A stretch of DNA of 64,000 bases, from the NCBI GenBank assembly GCA_963841735.1, contig CAWJDT010000001.1:480001-544000 (forward strand), written 5' to 3'. This DNA is from an uncultured Actinomycetes bacterium. GTDB taxonomy: Bacteria > Actinomycetota > Thermoleophilia > RBG-16-64-13. This document shows positions 19,037 through 28,101 of this stretch, piece after piece. Below the pieces are notes generated by a model. The model was not told the origin of the DNA. It searched no databases and saw only the letters and a program-made list of their open reading frames with translations. Made by a program: the position numbers and the translations under genes. How positions within the stretch are numbered: position 1 is the stretch's first letter; every line of letters starts with the position of its first letter.

Positions 19037-19209
19037 GGGCAACCTGCTCTGGCTGCAGGCCACCGGTGGGGTTAGGCGCAAGACCATGGTTCAGCACCGT
19101 GACAGGAACGCCACCGCGGAGATCTCCGTGTGGGGTTCGGCGCTGGGAGTCTTCTGCGATGACCCCGTGGCTCACCCAGCAATGGCGCCCGGGCCGGTGC
19201 CACTGCCCA
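19036..19209. ncRNA. Candidate rod-shaped structured RNA (6S-like dimensions), family unassigned
   Basis: Nested pairings TGGGCA/TGCCCA, GCCAC/GTGGC, GGGGTTA/TGACCCC, CGCA/TGCG, AGAC/GTCT, TTCAGCACC/GGCGCTGGG, GAAC/GTTC, CGCGGA/TCCGTG around GATC; no convincing ORF. Confidence 0.4.
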
Positions 19210-19219
19210 TCGCTGACGG

Positions 19220-19378
19220 GTTACTGAGGGGCGTAGAGCCCCCACATGGGTGAATAAACACTGAGGGGCGTGGGAGTCCGCCGAGAGCTTTGCGGTACTC
19301 CGCAGTGCTCGAGGCGGGGCTCCTACGCCCCCTCAGTCACTCATTGCCTAGCAGGGGGCCTTACGCCCCCTTAGTCAC
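19220..19378. repeat. Nested inverted repeat (REP/REPIN-like), four copies of an ACTGAGGGGCGTAG..GCCCC unit
   Basis: Forward copies at 19220-19243 and 19260-19282; inverted copies at 19313-19340 and 19354-19378; central hairpin TGCGG-TACT-CCGCA. Confidence 0.75.
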
Positions 19379-20160
19379 TAAGCGCCGGTTTCGAACTTGA
19401 ACGTCTGGTCCGGATCCACGATGGCCAGCAGCCGGACTACGCAGCCGTCTCCACCCGGCCAACGCCAGGGGAAGGCCATGAACGTGCAGCGCTTGCCGCT
19501 GACTTCGTCAAGCTGTCCACCCGCGTTCTCGATGCCTGGGATGCCACCCTTGACCATGAGGGTCTTGTGAGCAGGCTCCCATTCGGGGAAGTCCTCCAGA
19601 GGATCGCGGCCGGTCTCAGCCTTGTATTCCTCGATAAGATGCGGGTGTGTTGGGCCTAAGCCGTGGTTAACCAGCTTGGTGGCGATGGGATGATCGTTGG
19701 CCTGGCAGCCGTATGCGACCATCTTGACCTTCCGATCAACCAGCCACTGGGCGCCTTCTTTGTAGATGCCCGGGCCATGAGCGAAGTACTCGTCGGTATC
19801 GGCCCACTTGTGATGGTAGCCGGTGTTGATGACCACCACGTCGCCTTCTTGGATCTTGGGAGTCGCGGCCTCGAGCAACTCCGGGGTGATGAGGCCCCAC
19901 TTGCCCATGGGGATCGACACGCACACACCGGTGCCGAACAGACGCCACAGCGGATAGTCGGCGATGGTGGGAGTGTTCTCGGTCACATGGAGAGGCGCAT
20001 CCATGTGGGTGCAGCGGTGCATGATGCCTTCCCACTGGATCTGAGAGACGCCGTCCCTGGCGTGGAACTTGTCCACGGTGAGATTCACGCTGGGCGTGGA
20101 AGGCCACTCCGGCATGAACTGCATGAACGTGTGAGTAAGGTCATATACCTTCAGGCTCAT
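19378..20160 (-). CDS. Cyclase family (kynurenine formamidase-like) metal hydrolase
   Basis: DLTH, HRCTHMDAPLH, GDVVVINTG, A.WLV, H..L....IPGIEN; AGGAG RBS. Confidence 0.9.
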   Translation of the reverse strand: MSLKVYDLTHTFMQFMPEWPSTPSVNLTVDKFHARDGVSQIQWEGIMHRCTHMDAPLHVTENTPTIADYPLWRLFGTGVCVSIPMGKWGLITPELLEAATPKIQEGDVVVINTGYHHKWADTDEYFAHGPGIYKEGAQWLVDRKVKMVAYGCQANDHPIATKLVNHGLGPTHPHLIEEYKAETGRDPLEDFPEWEPAHKTLMVKGGIPGIENAGGQLDEVSGKRCTFMAFPWRWPGGDGCVVRLLAIVDPDQTFKFETGA

Positions 20161-20189
20161 ATCCTGTCTCCTTTCAGCTAGCTCGACGT

Positions 20190-20996
20190 CTACTTGCCCG
20201 GTTCGATCCGCAGCTTGCCGCTGGGATCCCACATGGCGACCAACCGGACAACGCATGCGTCACCGTGCTGGAGCTTCCAAGGAGTGGCGGCCAGGGTGGC
20301 GCGCTTGCCCTTGACGACATCCACGTCACCGCCGACCTGCTCGATGGTGGGGATGCCGGCACCCAGAAGGATCTTGTGGGCGACGTTCCATTCCCCGTGT
20401 TCTTTCTTGGGATCCAAGCCGGTAACCTTGGTGTATTCACCGGCCAGGCGTTTCATCTGCGGGCCGCCACGGTGGTTAGCCATGGAGGTGGCCAGCGGAT
20501 GGTCGATGAACGGGGTGTCGATGCCCACCATCTTGGCGTTCTTCTTCACCAGCCATTCGGCTGCGTCTTTGGAGAGGCCGGGGGCCTCGCCGTAGTACTC
20601 CAGACCGTCGGAGTACTTGTGATGCCAGCCGGTAACGATGATAACGATGTCACCGTCTTTGACTCCGGGATTGGCTTTCTCGAGATCCGCCGCGGTGATG
20701 ACTTCCCAATTCTTCTTGGGGATGTCCAAAACCGCGCCGTTGCCGAAGAACGTCTCCGGCGGGATGGACGCCAGATCGGCGGCCTTCTGGATGAGATGGA
20801 ACGGGGCATTCATGTGCGTGCCGGTGTGCAGGACCGTAGTGATTCGCCAAGCCAAGACACCATGCTGCGAGTGCTTTACCCCGCGGTGCATCTTGACATC
20901 GGTTTGCCCAGGATACGAGGGAGCGCCGTGCCCCCATTCGTGGCTGAGCTCGATCAGTTGTAGGCCTGACGCCGGATCCGTGGTGACATTGGCCAT
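20190..20996 (-). CDS. Cyclase family protein, second paralog
   Basis: ELSH, HTGTHMNAPFH, GDIVIIVTGW, PGLS..AAEWL, VGIDT, H.ILL..GIPTIE. Confidence 0.9.
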   Translation of the reverse strand: MANVTTDPASGLQLIELSHEWGHGAPSYPGQTDVKMHRGVKHSQHGVLAWRITTVLHTGTHMNAPFHLIQKAADLASIPPETFFGNGAVLDIPKKNWEVITAADLEKANPGVKDGDIVIIVTGWHHKYSDGLEYYGEAPGLSKDAAEWLVKKNAKMVGIDTPFIDHPLATSMANHRGGPQMKRLAGEYTKVTGLDPKKEHGEWNVAHKILLGAGIPTIEQVGGDVDVVKGKRATLAATPWKLQHGDACVVRLVAMWDPSGKLRIEPGK

Positions 20997-21233
20997 AGTC
21001 ACGTCTCCTTTTTCGGACGGGAATTACCACCAAGTGAAATGATGATACCACGAACTTTCTCCCCAAGGCCTCCCCAAAGTGATGATGTCGGAGGCGAATC
21101 CACAGACTCGGCCCCGGCTCGGCTCGGGCCTACCGATGGGCCCAGCCTGCACAATGAATGAGGTACCATCCGACGGGTCCGGCAGCGACCTGGATGCTTG
21201 GCCCCGCTGAGAAGCGACCCACGAGGAGCCTAC

Positions 21234-21437
21234 ATGGACTGCAGCAAAGACACGAATCTGGCCCGCTGCAACTGCACCTACGAGCCCTGTTCGCGCAAGG
21301 GCAAGTGCTGCGACTGCATGGCCTACCACCTGCGCAGCAGGGAGCTGCCTGCCTGCGCCTTCCCCGCCGACGCTGAGCGCACCTACGACCGCACGTTCGC
21401 CCACTTCGCCCGGCTGGTGGAGCAAGGTAAGGTCTAG
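21234..21437 (+). CDS. Small Cys-rich protein (DUF6485-like)
   Basis: CNCTYEPCSRKGKCCDC..YH....ELPAC.F...AERTYDR; GAGGAG RBS. Confidence 0.75.
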   Translation: MDCSKDTNLARCNCTYEPCSRKGKCCDCMAYHLRSRELPACAFPADAERTYDRTFAHFARLVEQGKV

Positions 21438-21442
21438 CGGGC

Positions 21443-22426
21443 CTATTGGTCGCGCCGAGGCGCGGCGGAGCCCGCTCGCGCCGCTTGGGCACTGCCCTCC
21501 GCGCCGGCGGCCGCCGGCAAGCCGGGGCCGCGGCGCAGCAATCCCCGCAAAGTGAGCACCAGAAGCGCGGCGAGGATACAGCCCATCCCGGCCCCCTCCA
21601 GAGGTGAGACCCGCTCGCCCAGTTGGATCGCAGCGGCCGCTATACCTATGACCGGGGTGGCCAACGTGCTGATGCCGGCCACACCAGTAGGCAACACCTT
21701 GAGCACGAACAGCCAGAACAGCCACGGCAACGCCGTACCCGGAATGACGTTGTAGCCAAGCGCCCAGATGAACTCACCCGACCATTCGATCGGTTGAGAC
21801 GGTACCAACACGGCGATCAAGATGATGGGAACGCTCCCGTATAGCATCTGCCAGGCGGTCAGATTGATGACGTCCACGGGACCCCGCCTGTTTATCACCC
21901 TGACCAAGATGGCGCCCGCGGCCCAGGTCACCCCGGATCCCACGGCCAGGGCCTTGCTCTGCCACGTCCCGGCCAGGTGCAGAGGATCGAGAACGAGAAC
22001 CAGCCCCGCTAGCGACAGACCTGCGGCCACCCAGTGGAGGCCCACGATGCGCTCGCCCAAGAAGACCCGACCCATGATGAGCGCCCAGACCGGCATGGTG
22101 TACACCAGGGCCGAAACCCGGCCGGCTGCACCCGTTTCCAGGGCCCACACAAGCAGCCCGACCATCCCCGTAGTCTGGAGGACGCCCAGGGCAACAGTGA
22201 GCAGCGGCTGGGTGGGCCGCAGCGGTCGCCTTAGAACGAGCAGCAGGGCGAATAACGCTGCCGCCCCCAGGCCGGTGCGCAGAGCGGTGAAGGGCCACGG
22301 GTCCGAGTATTTCAGGGCTAGCTTCATTACCACCCAGTTGTAGCCCCAGAAAAGCGACTGACCGACGAGCGCAGCCACCGCGAGTCGCGTGTCGCGCCGG
22401 CCGGAAGCGGGATCTGCCGCTCTCAT
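21443..22426 (-). CDS. DMT/EamA family transporter
   Basis: FWGYNWVVMK, LVYTMP, LGER twice, about 10 TM. Confidence 0.9.
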   Translation of the reverse strand: MRAADPASGRRDTRLAVAALVGQSLFWGYNWVVMKLALKYSDPWPFTALRTGLGAAALFALLLVLRRPLRPTQPLLTVALGVLQTTGMVGLLVWALETGAAGRVSALVYTMPVWALIMGRVFLGERIVGLHWVAAGLSLAGLVLVLDPLHLAGTWQSKALAVGSGVTWAAGAILVRVINRRGPVDVINLTAWQMLYGSVPIILIAVLVPSQPIEWSGEFIWALGYNVIPGTALPWLFWLFVLKVLPTGVAGISTLATPVIGIAAAAIQLGERVSPLEGAGMGCILAALLVLTLRGLLRRGPGLPAAAGAEGSAQAARAGSAAPRRDQ

Positions 22427-23454
22427 TCTCCGCCTCGCACTTGGTCACAGTCATCCTCGCCCGTGCGGCAACCGTCGACAGAGCTGCCGCGCGACATGGC
22501 GCGGTCCCGCCTACTATCGAGCCCGGTCACCCAGGCGGCGCCACCGGCCGCGATGACGATAGCCACGATAGCGGCGACGTCCCGGTAGCCCAGATGCTGA
22601 GCCAGTATGGCAAACCCCATCAAAGCGGCGATCGCCGGTTCGATCGACAAGAGCACACCATATGTAGAGGCCCGCACTCGCCGGATGGCGACTAGTTCCA
22701 AGAAGTAGGGCAGCGCCGAAGACAGCACCGCCACCGCCAGTCCAAGCAGCAAGGCCCGGCCGTGCCCCACGACCTTGACTCCGGTGGCCAGCCAGATCGG
22801 CGTCATGATCACGGAGGCCCCGATCAACATAAGGCTGGTGGCCCGCAAGGGCTCCATCCGCCCCACCGCCCGCTTGGCCAACACGATGAACGCCGCCCAG
22901 CAGGCCGCGGCAAGCAGAGCGAACAGCAGACCAGACAAACCGATTGCGCCACTCGGACGGGTCAACAACCCCACTCCCAGTGCCGCCAGAGCCACCCACA
23001 CCAGATCCAACAGGCGCCGGGATCCCGCGACCGCAACCCCCAAGGGGCCAAGGAACTCCACAGCTACCACGATTCCGATAGGAGCCCTGCTGATAGCCTG
23101 GTAGAAGCTAAGGTTCATCGCCACCAGGCTTATGGTTAGGGCGAGAAGCACCGCTCGATCGCCCTTGCCGGGTAGACGCACCCAGCGCGGATGCACCACC
23201 GCCAGCATCAGGCCGGCGAGGGCGGTCCGCAACCAAAGCGCCTCGTACACCCCCACCGAATCGATGACCTTCACCGCCAAGGCGGAACCGGCGTGCATAA
23301 GCAACCCTACCGTCACCACCAGCGTGATGGCGATGGTGGAATCGCGTCTGGGCGCCGCCGACTCGGCAGCACTCCCCCCGGCGTCCCCGGCAGCGGCTCC
23401 GGCCGGCCCGACGCCCACGTGCGTTGATGAGGGAGTTTGGGGAGGACGGCGCAT
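22423..23454 (-). CDS. EamA family transporter (RhtA-like)
   Basis: MNLSFY.AI.R.P.GI..AVEFLGPL, SSALPY.LE..A.RR, LLS.EPA.AA; the start may be slightly downstream. Confidence 0.88.
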   Translation of the reverse strand: MRRPPQTPSSTHVGVGPAGAAAGDAGGSAAESAAPRRDSTIAITLVVTVGLLMHAGSALAVKVIDSVGVYEALWLRTALAGLMLAVVHPRWVRLPGKGDRAVLLALTISLVAMNLSFYQAISRAPIGIVVAVEFLGPLGVAVAGSRRLLDLVWVALAALGVGLLTRPSGAIGLSGLLFALLAAACWAAFIVLAKRAVGRMEPLRATSLMLIGASVIMTPIWLATGVKVVGHGRALLLGLAVAVLSSALPYFLELVAIRRVRASTYGVLLSIEPAIAALMGFAILAQHLGYRDVAAIVAIVIAAGGAAWVTGLDSRRDRAMSRGSSVDGCRTGEDDCDQVRGGE

Positions 23455-23588
23455 GCCACGAAGTTACATCCCCGCGGGTCTGGGTACAAACCAATCGAAG
23501 GAATCGCCTGGATTTAACCGAAGAATCTACCATGGCTCGTGCCGGCCTCATGTCAATGATCACAAGTCCGACCTCCCGGGGTGAACTG

Positions 23589-24653
23589 ATGACCGAGTTG
23601 GCGCATTCTGATGCCCATATACTGATCGTCGATGACGAGCCGAGTATCGTGCGCATGCTGACACGGGCGCTGGAGAACGCCGGATACACCTCCGTGCATG
23701 GCTACACCGACCCCATGGTGGCCGTCGTCGATTTCAACGACATCGGCCCCGACTTGATAGTGCTCGACATCAACATGCCCGGCATGAATGGATACGACTT
23801 TCTGGTTGATCTAAGCCACCGGCTGACTGAGGATACTTTCCTCCCCGTGCTCATGATCAGCGGGCTGCCCGAGCCGGAGACCCGGCTCCAGGCCCTCAAG
23901 GCCGGCGCCAACCATTTCCTCAACAAACCGATTGACCTGCGTGTGTTCATCGCCCAGGTCCAGCAACTTCTCGAGACGCGCTTTATGAGTGTGCGGGTCA
24001 ACAACGTCCGCGGAGTGCTCGAGGAACTCGTCCGGCGCCGCACCGCCCAACTCCAGCAGGCTCACGTGGAGATCCTCGAACGGCTGAGCCGCGTGGGTGA
24101 ATATCGCGACGACACCACGGGACACCACACCAAGCGGGTGGGAACACTCGCTGGGCTGGTTGCCCTGGAGCTTGGACTGCCTCAGGAACAGGCGTCCCTC
24201 ATAGAGAGGACTGCGCCCCTGCACGACTTGGGCAAGGTCGCCATCGCCGACGCCATCCTGCTCAAGCCGGGCTTCCTGACTACCGGGGAGCGAGATGTCA
24301 TGCGCGAGCACTCCGCCTTGGGGGCCGAGCTGTTGAGTGGAGGCACGTCCGAACTTGTGCAAATGGCAGAGAACATCGCCCTCTGCCATCACGAGAGGTG
24401 GGACGGCGCGGGCTACCCCAAGGGTCTTAAGGGCAAGGAGATCCCGCTGTCCGCGAGAGTCGTTTCGGTGGTAGACACCATAGACGCCATCACACATGAT
24501 CGCCCCTACAAGGCTGCCAGGCCACTGTGCGACGCCATTGACGAGGTCGTCCGCGAACGAGGTGGCCAGTTCGATCCGGAGGTGGTCGACGCCGTGCTGA
24601 GACTGCATGCGGATAGCCGTCTACCTTTGGACGACGATTCCTTCTCCATCTGA
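23589..24653 (+). CDS. Response regulator with HD-GYP c-di-GMP phosphodiesterase domain
   Basis: REC: ILIVDDE, LDINMPG, KP. HD-GYP: LHDLGK, HHERWDGAGYP, RPYK. Confidence 0.93.
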   Translation: MTELAHSDAHILIVDDEPSIVRMLTRALENAGYTSVHGYTDPMVAVVDFNDIGPDLIVLDINMPGMNGYDFLVDLSHRLTEDTFLPVLMISGLPEPETRLQALKAGANHFLNKPIDLRVFIAQVQQLLETRFMSVRVNNVRGVLEELVRRRTAQLQQAHVEILERLSRVGEYRDDTTGHHTKRVGTLAGLVALELGLPQEQASLIERTAPLHDLGKVAIADAILLKPGFLTTGERDVMREHSALGAELLSGGTSELVQMAENIALCHHERWDGAGYPKGLKGKEIPLSARVVSVVDTIDAITHDRPYKAARPLCDAIDEVVRERGGQFDPEVVDAVLRLHADSRLPLDDDSFSI

Positions 24654-24691
24654 GTACCACCGCGAGCCATGATTTGCCGCAGGCTGAAGTA

Positions 24692-24719
24692 TCAGCTTCG
24701 GCCACACTTCTGCCGATAA
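24692..24719 (+). promoter_or_regulatory. Possible sigma-28-type promoter
   Basis: TCAG-N16-GCCGATAA upstream of the 24771 ORF; -10 is perfect, -35 imperfect. Confidence 0.45.
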
Positions 24720-24770
24720 GGATTTCGAGGTAGACCCAAGGTACGCGTATCTGGTTTCGGAGGCTTGAGG

Positions 24771-25094
24771 GTGGTATTCGAAGACGGATTGCCAAAAGCC
24801 CGCGAGGTGGACAAACTCTCCGCCGACGTGGAAACGCTGTGTTGCGACTGGCGACGCATGCGTTCGGTCATCGAACGCATAGCCAGGACGCCCTGGTGGG
24901 ACCTGCACACCCTGACGTGCCTGTACTGTCACGCACCCTTCGAAGTATCCGCGGGTGAATGCGAGCACGAGATCGACTGCGTCTACCAGCGCTGCTGCCA
25001 GATAGTTGGTGGAAGGGCTCTGCCGCTACCCAACCAAGCCGTCCTCGACGAGTGGAAGAAGCAGTCGCACTCGTCCCCCAGCCTCTCCTTCTGA
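24771..25094 (+). CDS. Hypothetical Cys-rich protein
   Basis: GGAGG RBS 7 nt before the GTG; CLYC..H..DC pattern suggests Zn binding. Confidence 0.55.
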   Translation: MVFEDGLPKAREVDKLSADVETLCCDWRRMRSVIERIARTPWWDLHTLTCLYCHAPFEVSAGECEHEIDCVYQRCCQIVGGRALPLPNQAVLDEWKKQSHSSPSLSF

Positions 25095-25214
25095 CCGATA
25101 CCCACCGGACCTGAGCGGCGCCGGCGGCGCCGGCCGCTGGTTTCGTTCCATCCGAACTGGGTGATAACTCACCTAGCAGGAATCCCTACTCGCGAATTCC
25201 CAAGGAGAGCGGCA

Positions 25215-26682
25215 GTGAGCGACGACAAGAAGAAGAGGCTGACCACCAACTTCGGAGCGCCGGTCCCCAACAACCAAGACGTCGTGACCGCCGGGCCGCG
25301 TGGCCCTATGTTGTTGCAGGACGTGTGGTATCTGGAGAAACTGGCCAACTTCGACCGGGAGGTCATCCCCGAGCGCAGGATGCACGCCAAGGGCTCCGGC
25401 GCCTTCGGCACCTTCACCGTGACCAACGACATCACCAAGTACACCCGGGCGAAGCTCTTCTCGCAAGTAGGCAAGCAGACCGACCTCTTTGTCCGCTTTT
25501 CGACTGTGGCCGGCGAGCGCGGCGCCGCCGACGCCGAGCGCGACATCCGCGGCTTTGCCGTCAAGATGTATACCGAAGAGGGCAACTGGGACCTAGTTGG
25601 CAACAACACCCCGGTGTTCTTCTTCCGCGATCCCCTCAAGTTCCCCGACCTCAATCACGCAGTGAAACGCGACCCCCGCACCAACATGCGGAGCGCCCAG
25701 AACAACTGGGACTTCTGGAGCCTGCTCCCCGAAGCGCTCCACCAAGTGACCATCCTGATGAGCGACCGGGGCCTTCCCGCGAGCTACCGCCACATGCACG
25801 GCTTCGGCAGCCACACGTTCAGCCTCGTAAACGCCGCCGGCGAGCGCAACTGGGTCAAGTTCCACTGGATCGGCCAGCAGGGCATCAAGAACATCAGCGA
25901 CCAAGAGGCCGAGGTCTTGGTGGGCAAGGACCGAGAGAGCCACCAGCGCGACCTCTACGAGGCCATTGAGAACAAGGACTTTCCCAAGTGGCAGCTCTTC
26001 TGTCCAGGTGATGCCCGAGAAGGACGCCCTAACCTACAAATTCCACCCGTTCGATCTCACCAAGGTGTGGCTCCATGGCGACTATCCTCTGATTGAGGTC
26101 GGCATGATGGAGCTCAACCAGAACCCCGAGAACTACTTCGCCGACGTGGAGCAGGCGGCGTTCAACCCGGCCAGCGTGGTGCCCGGAATAGGCTTCTCGC
26201 CCGACAAGATGCTGCAGGGCCGCCTCTTCTCCTATGGCGACGCGCAGCGCTACCGCTTGGGCGTGAACCATCACCTCATCCCTGTGAACAAGGCCCGCTG
26301 CCCCGTTCACGGCTACAGCCGCGACGGCTCTATGCGGGTGGACGGCAACTACGGCAGTACGCTCCACTACGAGCCCAACAGCTACGGCGAGTGGCAGGAA
26401 CAGCCCGAATACAAGGAGCCACCGCTCGACCTGTACGGCGCCGCCGACCGGTGGGACGCCCGCAAGGACGACGACGACTACTACTCCCAACCGGGGGCGC
26501 TCTTCCGCCTGATGGGGCCCGAGAAGCAAGGGCTGCTTTTCGAGAACACGGCGCGCAACATCGCCCCGGCGACCGAAGAAGTCAAGCTGCGCCACATCGG
26601 CAACTGCTACAAAGCCGACCCGGCCTACGGCGAAGGGGTGGCGGCGGCGCTCGGCATCATGATGAGCAAGGTCGATAAGTGA
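25215..26682 (+). CDS. katA: Monofunctional small-subunit heme catalase, single frameshift at about 26000 (likely assembly error)
   Basis: [31 protein letters not shown], then in another frame [12 protein letters not shown] and [20 protein letters not shown]; removing one base at CTCTTC|T|GTC restores the frame. Confidence 0.92.
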
Positions 26683-26734
26683 GACCCTATATAGAGTTGA
26701 CCACTCCGGAGCCGCGCCGGCAGAGGGAGGGCTC

Positions 26735-27253
26735 ATGCCGAAGGTCGCCATAGAAGCTGAGGCACCAGATTTCGAACTGGTAGATTTTCGCGGCGCACCC
26801 TTCAAGCTTTCAAGCCTTCGCGGGGCCAACGTATTGCTGGTGTTCAACCGCGGCTTCACCTGACCGTTCTGCCGCGCGCACATGGCGCAGTTGCGCCTAG
26901 ACCATGCGAAGTTCGAAGCGGCGGACACGGCCATTGTGGTCGTGGGCCCCGAAGGCACGAAGGCCTTCGCGACCTACTGGCGCAAGAACCACCTGCCTTT
27001 CATCGGCCTTCCCGATCCAAAGCACAGCGTGCTCAAGCTTTACGGTCAAGAGATCAAGCTCTTCAAGTACGGACGCATGCCGGCTCAGGTACTGGTGGAC
27101 AAGCGTGGGGTCGCCCGTTTCGTCCACTACGGCCACGATATGACCGACATCCCCAGCAACGAGGAGATACTGGGCCTCATCGCCTCGCTGGACGACGCCC
27201 CGTTGGGGGGCGCCGCGCCGCATGGCCGCCCACCGACTGCCGAGGGATCATGA
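26735..27253 (+). CDS. AhpC/TSA peroxiredoxin-like selenoprotein (Sec at codon 43, UxxC)
   Basis: GGAGG-ATG at 26735 reads MPKVAIEAEAPDFELVDFRG..LLVFNRGFT-U(TGA 26861-26863)-PFCRAHMAQLR, in frame with the 26882 ORF. A hairpin follows the TGA, and selABC are in the window. Confidence 0.9.
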
Positions 27254-28101
27254 CCAGGATCGCGCTTGTCACCGACTCCACCTGCGATCTGGCCGACGGC
27301 GAGCGGGCGAGATACGTGACGGCCATGGTGCCACTCCACGTCTGGATGGGCGGAACTAGTTACCTGGACCGCGTGGATTTCGACTCAGCCCTTTTCTACA
27401 AGCTCTTCAGGGAGAACGACCAGGGCGCCCAGACGTCGCAACCCAGCGCGGGTGAGTTCGTCAGCACATACAAGGCCCTTCTGGATGACTATGATTCGGT
27501 GATCTCGGTGCACATCTCCGGCCGGCTATCCGGAGCCATGCAGACTGCCGACCTCGCCGCCCGTTCGGTCGACCCGGCACGGGTCCGGGTAGTGGATTCC
27601 AGGCATGTCTCTGTGGGCGTGGGACTGGTAGTGCAGGCGGCGGGCGAAGCCATCCGAGTCGGTAAGTCTCTGGACGAGGTGGCGGCGGCGGCCGAGGCCG
27701 CCGCCGGCGATATCCGGGTGTACGGAGCCCTGCCTTCACTGGACGTCGCGGTGAGGGGAGGGCGCCTGAACGCCCGGGTGGCCAAGATGGCGGGGTTGAT
27801 CAAATTGAAGCCCCTCATCGTCTTCGACGAAGAAGGAGGAGTCCACACCGACGGAGCCCGCCTAGGCTACTACCGCGCACTGCGCGCCTTAGCCGAGAGG
27901 GTGGCCCGCTTCGCCGCCGAGGCTCCTGCCCGAGTGGTCATAGTGCACGCCGACGGGGCCCAGGCCGCCGAATACACCCGTCAGCACCTGCGCCGACTGT
28001 TCGCCGGCCTAGACATCCCCATAGTGGCGGCCGGAGCCGTTATCACCACCCATGTGGGCTTGGGCACCGTCGCGGTGGGCGTCCGGCGGAACGCATCATG
28101 A
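27250..28101 (+). CDS. DegV family fatty-acid binding protein
   Basis: IALVTDSTCDL, TSQPS, HISGRLSG, VVDSR.VS.G, RGGR, THVG.G. Confidence 0.92.
   Translation: MTRIALVTDSTCDLADGERARYVTAMVPLHVWMGGTSYLDRVDFDSALFYKLFRENDQGAQTSQPSAGEFVSTYKALLDDYDSVISVHISGRLSGAMQTADLAARSVDPARVRVVDSRHVSVGVGLVVQAAGEAIRVGKSLDEVAAAAEAAAGDIRVYGALPSLDVAVRGGRLNARVAKMAGLIKLKPLIVFDEEGGVHTDGARLGYYRALRALAERVARFAAEAPARVVIVHADGAQAAEYTRQHLRRLFAGLDIPIVAAGAVITTHVGLGTVAVGVRRNAS

Noticed and set aside
19036-19209. Lysine riboswitch on the minus strand (GCGCCGAA and CTGTCACGG motifs)
   Set aside because: No AGAGG(U/C)GC start, too little room for both P3 and P4, and no downstream gene in that orientation.
18788-19210. Minus-strand reading frame with two in-frame TGA codons as a second selenoprotein
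   Set aside because: No recognisable redox motif or family, no RBS, and it runs antisense into prsA.
19220-19378. Possible CRISPR array
   Set aside because: Copies are in inverted orientation, degenerate and have short spacers.
25161-25180. Fur/PerR box before catalase (TGATAACTCACCTAGCA)
   Set aside because: Only a half-site resemblance, too weak to call.
25990-26010. Programmed frameshift in catalase
   Set aside because: No slippery heptamer or stimulatory structure; the many similar breaks in the window favour a sequencing error.
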